The notes beneath the pieces are model-generated. The model was not told where the DNA came from, did not search any database, and saw nothing but the letters and a program-made list of their open reading frames with translations. Of a stretch of 52,387 nt of DNA, positions 18,813 through 27,198 are shown one piece after another. Source of the stretch: a bacterium. Its GTDB lineage: Bacteria > Patescibacteriota > Saccharimonadia > Saccharimonadales > DATKHC01. The position numbers and the translations under genes were made by a program. The stretch lies in NCBI GenBank assembly GCA_021781215.1, contig JAJXXC010000007.1, positions 1 to 52,387 of the forward strand. The letters run 5' to 3'. Positions within the stretch are counted from its first letter, which is position 1. Each line of letters begins with the position of its first letter.

Positions 18813-19049
18813 ATGAGTACATTTGTCGACAAAGCCATTAATCCTAAGGCTGGGCAAGCTCAAGAGGCTTGGTTTATCGATGATTTTTATGGACAGCACC
18901 GATACGCTGTAGCGTTTAGACGAGACGGTGAAGACGCAGTATTTAGCATTGATAAAATCAATCTTGATGAATATGATGTTTATCCGTTGCATGAAGTTGA
19001 GGCATTAAAAACGGCATCGAACTTGTCAAATAACAGAATTAAGCTATAG
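18813..19049 (+). CDS. hypothetical small protein coupled to fic
   Basis: 78 aa. The start (GTG 18810 or ATG 18813) overlaps or abuts the fic stop TAG 18808-18810. No recognisable motif. Confidence 0.45.
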   Translation: MSTFVDKAINPKAGQAQEAWFIDDFYGQHRYAVAFRRDGEDAVFSIDKINLDEYDVYPLHEVEALKTASNLSNNRIKL

Positions 19050-19085
19050 CAAAACGAACCTAGAATTTAGGTGGTAGAAATGTTT

Positions 19086-19110
19086 AGTTCGAATCCAGTT
19101 TGGGGAGCCA
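19086..19110 (+). other. second tRNA 3'-end remnant (T-loop plus ...GAGCCA tail)
   Basis: AGTTCGAATCC...TTGGGGAGCCA has a T-loop consensus and a discriminator-CCA-like end, but no complementary 5' acceptor strand upstream. Confidence 0.4.
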
Positions 19111-19208
19111 GGAGCGTATATTTTACAGGTGTCTAGTCAGTATCAGTGTATTAAAGATCAATTTATTTAGTTAACCTGGGATTTTAAAATGTGATGTATA
19201 ATTAAAAT

Positions 19209-19454
19209 ATGAAAAATGACGAATTTACAAAACTTTTTAAATATATGCAGGTTGAATTTAAAAAAGTTAATGATAGGTTAGAGCAAACCTCGACTAAAGA
19301 AGAACTTAACAGGCTGACCAATGCCGTGGATGCTTATGCTAAACAGTCAGAAATATATATGCAGGAAATGCTGGCTCTTGCCCATAAAGTAGATCGTCTC
19401 GAAAGATGGATAATGGAGATTGCTGAAGCTACCGGCGTCAAGCTGGTTGCGTAG
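19209..19454 (+). CDS. hypothetical coiled-coil protein
   Basis: 81 aa. TATAAT at 19197-19202 lies 6 nt before the ATG. Heptad-like charged sequence. Confidence 0.5.
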   Translation: MKNDEFTKLFKYMQVEFKKVNDRLEQTSTKEELNRLTNAVDAYAKQSEIYMQEMLALAHKVDRLERWIMEIAEATGVKLVA

Positions 19455-19589
19455 TTATCAGTTCATCCAGGGGTTCTCAACCAGTGCGCTGAGCCGAGAT
19501 TATATATTTTAACAGTCCATCAACTTAGACATTCACGTTATTGGATTCTATATTTAGTAAGATATAGTAGTCTAGACTATGGCAAAAGA

Positions 19590-19850
19590 CTATTTGGTCT
19601 CAGCATCTTTGTGGTTTCTAATATATGATATGGGAAAAAACATACTACCCATTGCGAAGCCAAGAGTTATGGTGCCTTCTAATGCTATAGGTCCAGCTGC
19701 TGCAGCAATTTTTCTTGTTTTATGCTCAAGTACGGATCTAGCGTGTTTATCAGATAGAATTTGTTCGGCCTCAAAAACGATTAGTTCTGCAGCAGTTTCA
19801 TTGGTTAAAGGTTCTCGGCCTTCAAAAGTTTCTCCATGGTATTTTGCCAT
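19590..19850 (-). CDS. hypothetical protein (strand assignment tentative)
   Basis: 86 aa from MAKYHGETFEG. Has its own TTGCAA-18-TACGCT-7-ATG promoter. A 118-aa ORF lies fully antisense on the + strand. Confidence 0.4.
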   Translation of the reverse strand: MAKYHGETFEGREPLTNETAAELIVFEAEQILSDKHARSVLEHKTRKIAAAAGPIALEGTITLGFAMGSMFFPISYIRNHKDAETK

Positions 19851-19857
19851 AATAAAT

Positions 19858-19887
19858 AGCGTACCCAATTTAATAATAAATTTGCAA
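19858..19887 (-). promoter_or_regulatory. Promoter TTGCAA-18-TACGCT, 7 nt before ATG 19850
   Basis: Read on the minus strand: TGCTTGCAA (19882-19890), 18-nt spacer, TACGCT (19858-19863). Confidence 0.45.
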
Positions 19888-20102
19888 GCATTAGAACATT
19901 GCTTATCTTTGTTTGATTTAAAGTTGGTGGCCTAGACGCTAAGCCAAGACGATTTTTAACTAATTAACTAAACTTTTACTTTTTAGCCTAATTTTTAGTT
20001 AAAAAGCACTCATCTGTTGTAAGGTTTGAGTTTACTTTCTCCTATGTCTGTTAACTATATATAGTTAGAGAAAGTTGCACTTCGAGATTAAAAGTAGGCG
20101 TT

Positions 20103-20846
20103 TTAAAGAGCTCGATCAGCGATTTTTAAAGCAAGCTTTTGTCTTTTTTTATTCATTTTCTTTGGAGATGCTATTACACTGATTCCAAGAGCTGCTACTC
20201 CACCCAATAATGCTTTCTTTTTGGCCTGGAGTCGTTGTTTTGTAGTTAAGTTAGGGTTACTAGTATCTAACATTGGCGATTCTGATGCAAAGGCCAATGC
20301 CACGGCTTTAGCACCAATAATTAGCCCAATTTTACGATCTCCAAATAATGTTTCCGCCATGCTAGCTCGGCGTGATGCATTGATGGCATATTGGTCTATT
20401 TTTCGGTTTAATCCATTCGCTTTTGCACGTGCTTTTTGTAAATCTGACCAGGTTAATCTCATACTATCCAAAAAGCTCAGGTCATCAACAGTTTGACCAG
20501 CTTGTTTTGCATGTATTGCTTTACGTAATCCATTTACAGCTACATACATAGCACTAACCGAGCGTTCTCTATAAGCTTCACGATTTGGATCATCCATACT
20601 CTTAACTAATCCATCATGAATATTAAATGCTTCGTCAGCCCATTGCTCAGCTTCTTCAGTTTTACCAAGACGATCATAGCGAGCACTATTGTCTCGAGCG
20701 GCTCTGCCTTTTTCAGATGAGTTATCTGGAGCCATTTCATAGGCTTCATTGCTAAGTGCCAATGCAGCTTCATAATCTCCTAGATTATGTTGTATTACAG
20801 CTTCTCTCATTAGTTCTTCAAAATTCGTTTTATTGAATTCATTCAT
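20103..20846 (-). CDS. hypothetical protein, helical-repeat N-terminal part with C-terminal TM helices
   Basis: 247 aa from MNEFNKTNFEEL. TATTAT lies 7 nt upstream of this ATG. The track ORF has 12 extra hydrophobic codons. Confidence 0.5.
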   Translation of the reverse strand: MNEFNKTNFEELMREAVIQHNLGDYEAALALSNEAYEMAPDNSSEKGRAARDNSARYDRLGKTEEAEQWADEAFNIHDGLVKSMDDPNREAYRERSVSAMYVAVNGLRKAIHAKQAGQTVDDLSFLDSMRLTWSDLQKARAKANGLNRKIDQYAINASRRASMAETLFGDRKIGLIIGAKAVALAFASESPMLDTSNPNLTTKQRLQAKKKALLGGVAALGISVIASPKKMNKKRQKLALKIADRAL

Positions 20847-20898
20847 AAACAATATAATAACATATAATAGGCTATAGTACAAGATTTACGTATGGCAA

Positions 20899-21108
20899 TT
20901 ATATACTGCATAGGTTTACATACATATGGAAACTATCTAATCGTTGATACTCATTGAGCTTTAACCATTTCACTTTCCATCTATAAATAGTCGATCTATG
21001 GACTCCACGCTTGTTAGCAACTACCTGAAGGGGTAAACCTTCATTAATTAGTAGTTTTAACCCAAGAGCTCTCGCTCTAGGTAGGTTAGGGTTGATAGAA
21101 TAAGCCAT
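20899..21108 (-). pseudogene. IS481-like transposase N-terminal HTH stub (truncated), or a stand-alone HTH protein
   Basis: 69 aa. NPNLPRARALGLKLLINEGLPLQVVANKRGVHRSTIYRWKVKW resembles the HTH leader of IS481/IS3-type integrases. No DDE core follows. Confidence 0.4.
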
Positions 21109-21218
21109 GGTAGGCTCCTTTCTTGTAATTATTAGTAGTAACTACAGTTTAGGACCTACCTTTTTAGGTTGCAAAGGTGGTGAGTTAATACGTGGATATT
21201 TACAAACCTTACAAAATA

Positions 21219-21227
21219 TGGTATATA
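21219..21227 (+). promoter_or_regulatory. Extended -10-like TGgTATATA, 8 nt before ATG 21236
   Basis: Part of the 17-nt motif AAATATGGTATATATAT (21214-21230), which repeats at 23067-23083. Confidence 0.4.
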
Positions 21228-21235
21228 TATATTAT

Positions 21236-23053
21236 ATGGTTAGATCAAATACTTACCCCTATCCACCAAGACCTGGCACCAATTTACAAAATCTTGAATT
21301 TAATGATAGTTCATATAGTTTAGATGAGCGACTTAATGATGTTATTGAATTCGAACATCAGCTGTATAATGCCAGCCTAAATCCTGATGACTTCCCTGTT
21401 GCTGAGCTATACAAAGAAAAATCAAAGTCAGCTGGAGTAGAAGTCAGTCCTGTTGAAGAAATTTGGAAATTAAAGACAAACAGTACGGATTTTGGGGTTA
21501 ATTATTTTCTTACTTCCCAAGGGAAACAAGCTCTCGAACATGCTACGGGCATAACTATCGACTATTATGATGAAGAAAGCTGTGCTAGCTTTATTGCAGC
21601 TTTGGATACTTCTAATATCGAATCTGAGCAACTAGATAAACTTGAAGCAAATAGCATCGGGTTTGAAGAAAAAATGCTATCCAGAGAATTTATAGACAAT
21701 GGTTTTAAGGGCGATAGCTTAGCTTCTCCTGGTATAGTGACCGTTTATAAGAATCCATCGGTGTTACTAGATAAAGTTCGAGGCTATAAAAAAATTAAGG
21801 GTTATATCGTTTCTGTTATCGAAGACCTAAATGCACTTAATGGGGGTGACGACGACGTAGTTAAGGCAAAACTATTTTTGGCAGATTTATACAGACAAAA
21901 GATAAATGTTTTAATTGCAGATAACTATATCTCATCCTATAAATTGGCATACCAATCACATCTAAGTAAAAAACATATTCATGAAGATATCTTAAAGGCT
22001 TTAGAAAAAGAATTACCTGCTATGTTTACTAATAGAGATGACATTGGTTCTGCTAATTTTATGCAACGGATCGATAGATTTAGGCATGGAGTAGCTCGAA
22101 ATGAGGATAATAGTTTAACTTGGCTTAGCAGTGAGGCTAAACATCTCGCAACAGAAGCTAGCCAAGAAGATGGCGGCGAGATATCCGTAGACAGAGGTCT
22201 TTATGCTGACATCGATCCGGATACCTTAGAGAATAAGATTATAGATAGTGAAACTTTTGGTAATTGGATAAAGACTGTTCTTGCAGACTATGGATTATTG
22301 TCTGAATACGATGAATGGAGCAGCGAAAGAACGACGCCAGCTTTTGATGGTAAGTGGCAAGTAATTGTCAGCGATAAGTTCAAGAGCCTAGCTGTTAACG
22401 ATAAACAAAGAATTATAAAAGTTCCCAGTAAGTCCGTTGCTGTACTTAAGGCCCTAACTCTAGCGAACCATGAAATTGCCCATGTTGTTCAACATGAGAA
22501 TAAACGTGCTATAAGTAGTTTGGCAATACTCGAGAGAATTGGCGTAGACAATGCATCATATCAATCTGAGTCGGGTGGAATATGGCAGGAACAGGTGGCT
22601 AATGAGATACTACGAGGTACTATAGATACTGATGTAGCCGGAACTGGCTATTATCAGGCATTACTGGTAAAAGATAGTGGTGGTTCTTTCGGGGAATGCG
22701 TTCAAGCGTATTTTGAAGACTTGACTAAAAGAAATCCTGATTTAAAGATTAATGAAGCCGTTGATCAGGCGGTAAATCGAGCGAGAAGGATTTTTAGATT
22801 TGGTGGCTTGCAGTTCGCACAAGACATGCCACTAGTAACTAATACACAGCCGTTAAATTATCTTGAACAAAGATTGGTTTATCAGGCTCTTCGAGAAGAT
22901 CAGAGAAAATTATTATTTATTGGTGGTATTGCAATTCATAATTTGGTGCAGATGAGTGAGCTAGGTTTAGTCGATCTATCAAAAATATTTATACCCGAGA
23001 AAATGCCCATCGAAGTATTATTCCCTCAAGTAATGGCAGAACTTTTAAAATAA
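21236..23053 (+). CDS. large HExxH putative zinc metallopeptidase (possibly DUF1704/MATCAP-like)
   Basis: 605 aa from MVRSNTYPYPP. LANHEIAHVVQHE, followed by SGGIWQEQVANE, which resembles the QEGLA motif of DUF1704. Confidence 0.45.
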   Translation: MVRSNTYPYPPRPGTNLQNLEFNDSSYSLDERLNDVIEFEHQLYNASLNPDDFPVAELYKEKSKSAGVEVSPVEEIWKLKTNSTDFGVNYFLTSQGKQALEHATGITIDYYDEESCASFIAALDTSNIESEQLDKLEANSIGFEEKMLSREFIDNGFKGDSLASPGIVTVYKNPSVLLDKVRGYKKIKGYIVSVIEDLNALNGGDDDVVKAKLFLADLYRQKINVLIADNYISSYKLAYQSHLSKKHIHEDILKALEKELPAMFTNRDDIGSANFMQRIDRFRHGVARNEDNSLTWLSSEAKHLATEASQEDGGEISVDRGLYADIDPDTLENKIIDSETFGNWIKTVLADYGLLSEYDEWSSERTTPAFDGKWQVIVSDKFKSLAVNDKQRIIKVPSKSVAVLKALTLANHEIAHVVQHENKRAISSLAILERIGVDNASYQSESGGIWQEQVANEILRGTIDTDVAGTGYYQALLVKDSGGSFGECVQAYFEDLTKRNPDLKINEAVDQAVNRARRIFRFGGLQFAQDMPLVTNTQPLNYLEQRLVYQALREDQRKLLFIGGIAIHNLVQMSELGLVDLSKIFIPEKMPIEVLFPQVMAELLK

Positions 23054-23071
23054 ATCTTAAAATTGGAAATA

Positions 23072-23080
23072 TGGTATATA
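23072..23080 (+). promoter_or_regulatory. Extended -10-like TGgTATATA, 7 nt before ATG 23088
   Basis: Second copy of the 17-nt motif (23067-23083). Confidence 0.4.
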
Positions 23081-23087
23081 TATGATA

Positions 23088-23621
23088 ATGAATGAAACCG
23101 AACCCAATGGCGAGATGTATGTCGTTCAGTTGAAAACCTTAATGCCTGAACGAGTTGTGAATTTATTAGGTGAAGCATGCCTTCAAGGTTTTAGTGATTT
23201 AGAAATTTACAAATTAAAGCCAGAATCCCTCGCCGATTATGTACATAAATCACCAGAGGCAATAAAGTATAACCCAGAGCTAGTAAGCTATACGTGGGAT
23301 TACGAATCAGAAAGTATCGTATCGATTATTACAGACGATAAATTAATTTCATTTGCCCTAACTCATAATCTTGCTAGTAAAAAATTATGTAATCACCTAA
23401 TAAATGCTCTCTATCATGATGCCCAAAAGTCGCATCTGGAACGGACATTTTCACCAATGTACCATTACCCTTCTAGTGCTAAAGTAGCTTTAAGAGCCGA
23501 CCTGCTCCCGGAATTAAATCGCAGAATTGAGGATGGGGATATTTTTATATACAGAGCAGGTGCAAAATCTAAACAGTTATTAAACGAAATTGAACGTGCA
23601 TTAATTCTCGTAAATCCTTAG
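23088..23621 (+). CDS. hypothetical protein
   Basis: 177 aa from MNETEPNG. An alternative ATG at 23082 sits only 1 nt after the -10 box. No recognisable motif. Confidence 0.5.
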   Translation: MNETEPNGEMYVVQLKTLMPERVVNLLGEACLQGFSDLEIYKLKPESLADYVHKSPEAIKYNPELVSYTWDYESESIVSIITDDKLISFALTHNLASKKLCNHLINALYHDAQKSHLERTFSPMYHYPSSAKVALRADLLPELNRRIEDGDIFIYRAGAKSKQLLNEIERALILVNP

Positions 23622-23730
23622 TTTGATGATGGCCCTTATTTAATTTTTATAAATAAAGTAAGAGTAGATTTTTTAGTCTTTAAAATAGATTGTGGCTTAC
23701 TCATATTCGAAGTAGTTTTAGACTAGCGTC

Positions 23731-24351
23731 TTAAAGTTTGGTTAAGACACTCTTTACGGTAGGTGCCTGCATTCTGACCTGTCGAGCTGTTCGAGTATTC
23801 GGTCCAAATATTGGGACTTCTCTTTCTCCAGTAGACACAAAGCCTAATTTTTCGGCTACTTGACCCATAAATGCTGGATCTTCATCGGGCCACATATATC
23901 CAGTAACTGGCTGACGATCAACTGCATCTTCGAGCAATACTCGTCCTATTTCCTTGGCGACTCCGTGTTTCATAAATTCAGGTTTGACGACTATTTCTCT
24001 GAGCCATAAGTAATTCTTAACTACAGAAAGTCTTTTGGCTTCCCTTATTATTTCATTGCGTCCGGATGTATTATCCGCAGCATACCCCCAACCAGCTAAT
24101 TCACGGCCTATAAATACTCGTGCAACCCGAAGTTTCGAGTAAGATTGATCAGAGTCGAACCTTTTACCGCCCTCATTTTTTGGATCTATATGTGATTCGT
24201 AGTAAGCTTTAGGATTATCTCCATTAATTAAATACTCAATCTCAGCCGGAGTCCTATTGGGTAAAGACGCTGTATATGCTTCTCTGGCAATATCTTGATT
24301 TAACACCCAGTCGCTTGGACTCAAATCTGAAGGTTTAGAAAGCTCAACCAT
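23731..24351 (-). CDS. GNAT-family N-acetyltransferase-like protein
   Basis: 206 aa. LWLREIVVKPEFMKHGVAKEIGRVLLE resembles GNAT motif A. TATAAT and an AGGAAA SD lie upstream. Confidence 0.5.
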   Translation of the reverse strand: MVELSKPSDLSPSDWVLNQDIAREAYTASLPNRTPAEIEYLINGDNPKAYYESHIDPKNEGGKRFDSDQSYSKLRVARVFIGRELAGWGYAADNTSGRNEIIREAKRLSVVKNYLWLREIVVKPEFMKHGVAKEIGRVLLEDAVDRQPVTGYMWPDEDPAFMGQVAEKLGFVSTGEREVPIFGPNTRTARQVRMQAPTVKSVLTKL

Positions 24352-24438
24352 AGTGTTTCCTATTTATGAGAGTTATTATATCATATTACGCAAGTAAATC
24401 AAAATATATGATAAAAAATATGGATAGGTAGTTAACTT

Positions 24439-25029
24439 TTATTTTACTGCAGGCTTAAGAATATCTGAAAGATTTTTATCCTGCCATCCGATGATTCTTG
24501 GTTGCCCAATTTTATCTCTGTTATATGGTTGATCGAATATAATATGTTTCCATGATGCAGCGTCAGAATTCATTATTTCAGGTCTGTCGTCAATTAACAC
24601 AATGCCATCAGACAGATGCTTATCAGAGGTGATAATTGCCTGGTCGACTACCCGTTCTCCAAATACTGGCACAAAATGTTTTTTCAGCCAATTTAATTTC
24701 TCAATTTTGCTATAAGGATTTGATCTAATCGGTGCGCTACATATTATTGGATGGAATTTTAAATCCAGTAATCTCTGCCAACCTTCAAGCGCGTCCTCTA
24801 TTAACGGTAATGACTCAAAAAAACCTTGTTCATCAGATATAGCTCTAATTTTTAAACTATGTTTTGGATAGTCATCGGATATATAAAAATTTTCTCGAGT
24901 ATCCAATATTGGTATGTCTGGGTGCTTTATCGCGAGACGGTTTTTAACTTCCTGATCAAAATCAGCGAGCACTCCGTCCATATCCACCAATATTATTGGC
25001 GCCGTATCGATAAAAAAATCTTGACTCAT
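24439..25029 (-). CDS. 5'(3')-deoxyribonucleotidase (HAD superfamily, NT5C-like)
   Basis: 196 aa. ILVDMDGVLADF HAD motif I, and length and colinearity with the NT5C family. Confidence 0.7.
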   Translation of the reverse strand: MSQDFFIDTAPIILVDMDGVLADFDQEVKNRLAIKHPDIPILDTRENFYISDDYPKHSLKIRAISDEQGFFESLPLIEDALEGWQRLLDLKFHPIICSAPIRSNPYSKIEKLNWLKKHFVPVFGERVVDQAIITSDKHLSDGIVLIDDRPEIMNSDAASWKHIIFDQPYNRDKIGQPRIIGWQDKNLSDILKPAVK

Positions 25030-25086
25030 ATTTTGATGTTACCTAAACATTTGGCTTACGTAAAGTGATAGTTTAGGCAGAGTGTT

Positions 25087-25335
25087 TTAGCGATGGATGC
25101 AGCCGGCCCAACAGCATGGGCGTCGTTTGCCTTCCATGAGTTCGGTGATTACTCGTTCAATATGATTCTTTCTTGTTTCCATTTTTTTAGTAGTTATAAC
25201 CCAGCAAATCCATTCATTGCGTGCAAGCGGCGTGAGGTCTTCCCACCTTTCTAGTGCAGATTCATCAGAAATTAAGGCTTCATATAAATCTTCCGGTACC
25301 TTATGCACAACTCCTGTAGAGATTTTTCTTGGCAT
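25087..25335 (-). CDS. YdeI/OmpD-associated family protein
   Basis: 82 aa. LTPLARNEWICWV...KRRPCCWAGCIHR C-terminal signature. Confidence 0.7.
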   Translation of the reverse strand: MPRKISTGVVHKVPEDLYEALISDESALERWEDLTPLARNEWICWVITTKKMETRKNHIERVITELMEGKRRPCCWAGCIHR

Positions 25336-25451
25336 GGTTTTATACTACATCAATACCTATTTTTTACCCAATGAAGACGAATTAAAATATATCTTCATTA
25401 TTATAAAAACCTATGTTGCCGGATTCTTGGCCTTTAGGATAAGATATATTG

Positions 25452-25844
25452 ATGAGAAATGGCGCATTCGCAGTAGTAATAAATAGCAAAAATCAAGTTT
25501 TATTAGTTCGTTCATCAACCACTAAGGAGTATGTAGATTACTGGTCCTTTCCTGGGGGTGTAGTCGAGCCAGATGAACATGCAAAAGTCGGTGCTGCAAG
25601 AGAGGTATTTGAAGAAGTTGGAATTGAGTGCCTGATCGAAGAGCTGATTGATGAATCAGTCAATAATGACAAAAACATTCTAATAAGTATCTTTAGGGCT
25701 AAATATATAAGTGGTGACATCCTGTTGCAGGAAGATGAAATAGTTGATGCTAGGTGGTTTAGCATAGAGGATGGTGTCAATTTACCCCTAGCCTTTAACT
25801 GCCGTAATATTTTGTTGTCTATACAGTCTGATTTGGTTATATAG
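25452..25844 (+). CDS. NUDIX hydrolase
   Basis: Nudix box GGVVEPDEHAKVGAAREVFEEVGI. TAAGAT lies 6 nt before ATG 25452. The track ORF starts at TTG 25449. Confidence 0.8.
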   Translation: MRNGAFAVVINSKNQVLLVRSSTTKEYVDYWSFPGGVVEPDEHAKVGAAREVFEEVGIECLIEELIDESVNNDKNILISIFRAKYISGDILLQEDEIVDARWFSIEDGVNLPLAFNCRNILLSIQSDLVI

Positions 25845-25919
25845 ATAAATATTAAAAAGAATTAATTAAAATATCGTCAAACTATAAATATTTTTTATTT
25901 TGGTATTATACATAATGCA

Positions 25920-26351
25920 ATGTCAAAAATAATCCAAAAATATTCAGCAGGCGGTGTAGTTTATTCTGATGGTATGGTTTTGGTCATAAAAGTAATACCC
26001 GAGAATGAAGTTATCTTTCCAAAAGGTACGATTGAGGACGGAGAAACTGCTGAAGATGCTGCAACCAGAGAAGTATATGAAGAAACTGGCTATCAAACCA
26101 GGATAATAGCTTCGCTAGGAACAGAATACTATGAATATCATGAGGATGATAATCATTATGGTAAAACGGTCCATCATTACTTGATGGAGCTTATAGATAA
26201 AACTACCAAACCTACTCCACATCGCGAAGAGGGTGAGAATTTTGAAAACTTGTGGTTGCCCGTCAAAGAAGCGTCGGACGCTCTTACATTTGAACCTAGC
26301 AAAAAAACTTTAATAAAAGCGATGGGAGTTATAAACGTCATAGGAGCATAG
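25920..26351 (+). CDS. NUDIX hydrolase
   Basis: 143 aa. Nudix box PKGTIEDGETAEDAATREVYEETGY. Confidence 0.8.
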   Translation: MSKIIQKYSAGGVVYSDGMVLVIKVIPENEVIFPKGTIEDGETAEDAATREVYEETGYQTRIIASLGTEYYEYHEDDNHYGKTVHHYLMELIDKTTKPTPHREEGENFENLWLPVKEASDALTFEPSKKTLIKAMGVINVIGA

Positions 26352-26409
26352 GCTTATATGCAAGCTAAAAAGTTTATGCCAATCTATCCAGTGTCGTTAT
26401 ACTTAATTC

Positions 26410-27183
26410 ATGTCAACGGATAAACGTTCTATTGAATGGTATAACCAAAATTCTGAACGATATACTAAACACGTTCGCGATCCTAATGATTCAATCTTTC
26501 ATTCACAATATGAAAAACCGGCTATGTATAATGCGTTACCAAAACTGAATGGAATGGCTGTTTTAAGTTTAGGCTGTGGCAGTGGCGAAGACTGTCTCTA
26601 TTTATTTAAATGTGGAGCCAAAAAGGTTATCGGAATAGACATATCAAGTGAAATGATTAAAATTGCCAAGAGTAGTTATCCTGAGTGTGATTTTAAAGAA
26701 ATGGATATGGAAAAATTGGATTTTGAAGATTCAAGTTTTGATTTTGTATATTCAAGCTTAGCTATTCATTACCTTGAAGATTGGACAAAAGTATTTAGTG
26801 AAGTATATAGAGTGCTAAAACCAAATTCGTATTTTCTGTTTTCCTGCAATCATCCAGTCTCATCAGCTATGGAACTGGTTAAGGACAATAAAGATTTTTC
26901 AATTAGAGAATTATCCAGGACAAAGTATCGCAAGATTAACAAAGTTGATATTGTTGGAAATTATATGGACAGGAAATCATCCTTTGGCCAGGGCAATATG
27001 GATGTTACAACGTGGCATAAATCTTTTGGAGAAATTAGTATGGAGGCTGCTAGCGCAGGATTTTTTATAGCAAATATTATAGAACCACTGCCCTTGCCTA
27101 GCATGAAAGAGCTATCTCCAACATCATATCAGTCTATGATGAAAATTCCAGATTTTTTGATCTTAAAACTTTTAAAACCATAA
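26410..27183 (+). CDS. class I SAM-dependent methyltransferase
   Basis: 257 aa. Motif I VLSLGCGSGED and an acidic loop GIDIS. TATACT lies 6 nt before the ATG. Confidence 0.75.
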   Translation: MSTDKRSIEWYNQNSERYTKHVRDPNDSIFHSQYEKPAMYNALPKLNGMAVLSLGCGSGEDCLYLFKCGAKKVIGIDISSEMIKIAKSSYPECDFKEMDMEKLDFEDSSFDFVYSSLAIHYLEDWTKVFSEVYRVLKPNSYFLFSCNHPVSSAMELVKDNKDFSIRELSRTKYRKINKVDIVGNYMDRKSSFGQGNMDVTTWHKSFGEISMEAASAGFFIANIIEPLPLPSMKELSPTSYQSMMKIPDFLILKLLKP

Positions 27184-27198
27184 AGGTATAGTTTTAAA

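Noticed and set aside
18810-19049. The small ORF after fic as a VbhA-type antitoxin.
   Set aside because: It contains no [ST]xxxE[GN] inhibitory motif, and it lies downstream rather than upstream. The Fic protein carries its own C-terminal inhibitory-type helix. It is kept only as a hypothetical coupled gene.
19455-19500. GGGGTTCTCAACCAGTGCGCTGAGCC as a third tRNA-like fragment.
   Set aside because: The resemblance to a T-loop or D-arm is weak. There is no stem complementarity and no CCA end.
21107-21235. A 43-codon 5' extension of the HExxH ORF as listed in the track (start 21107).
   Set aside because: The extension overlaps the divergent HTH stub and contains the TGgTATATA promoter motif itself. 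The residue composition (MVGSFLVIISSNYS...) looks non-coding. ATG 21236 fits the leaderless spacing rule.
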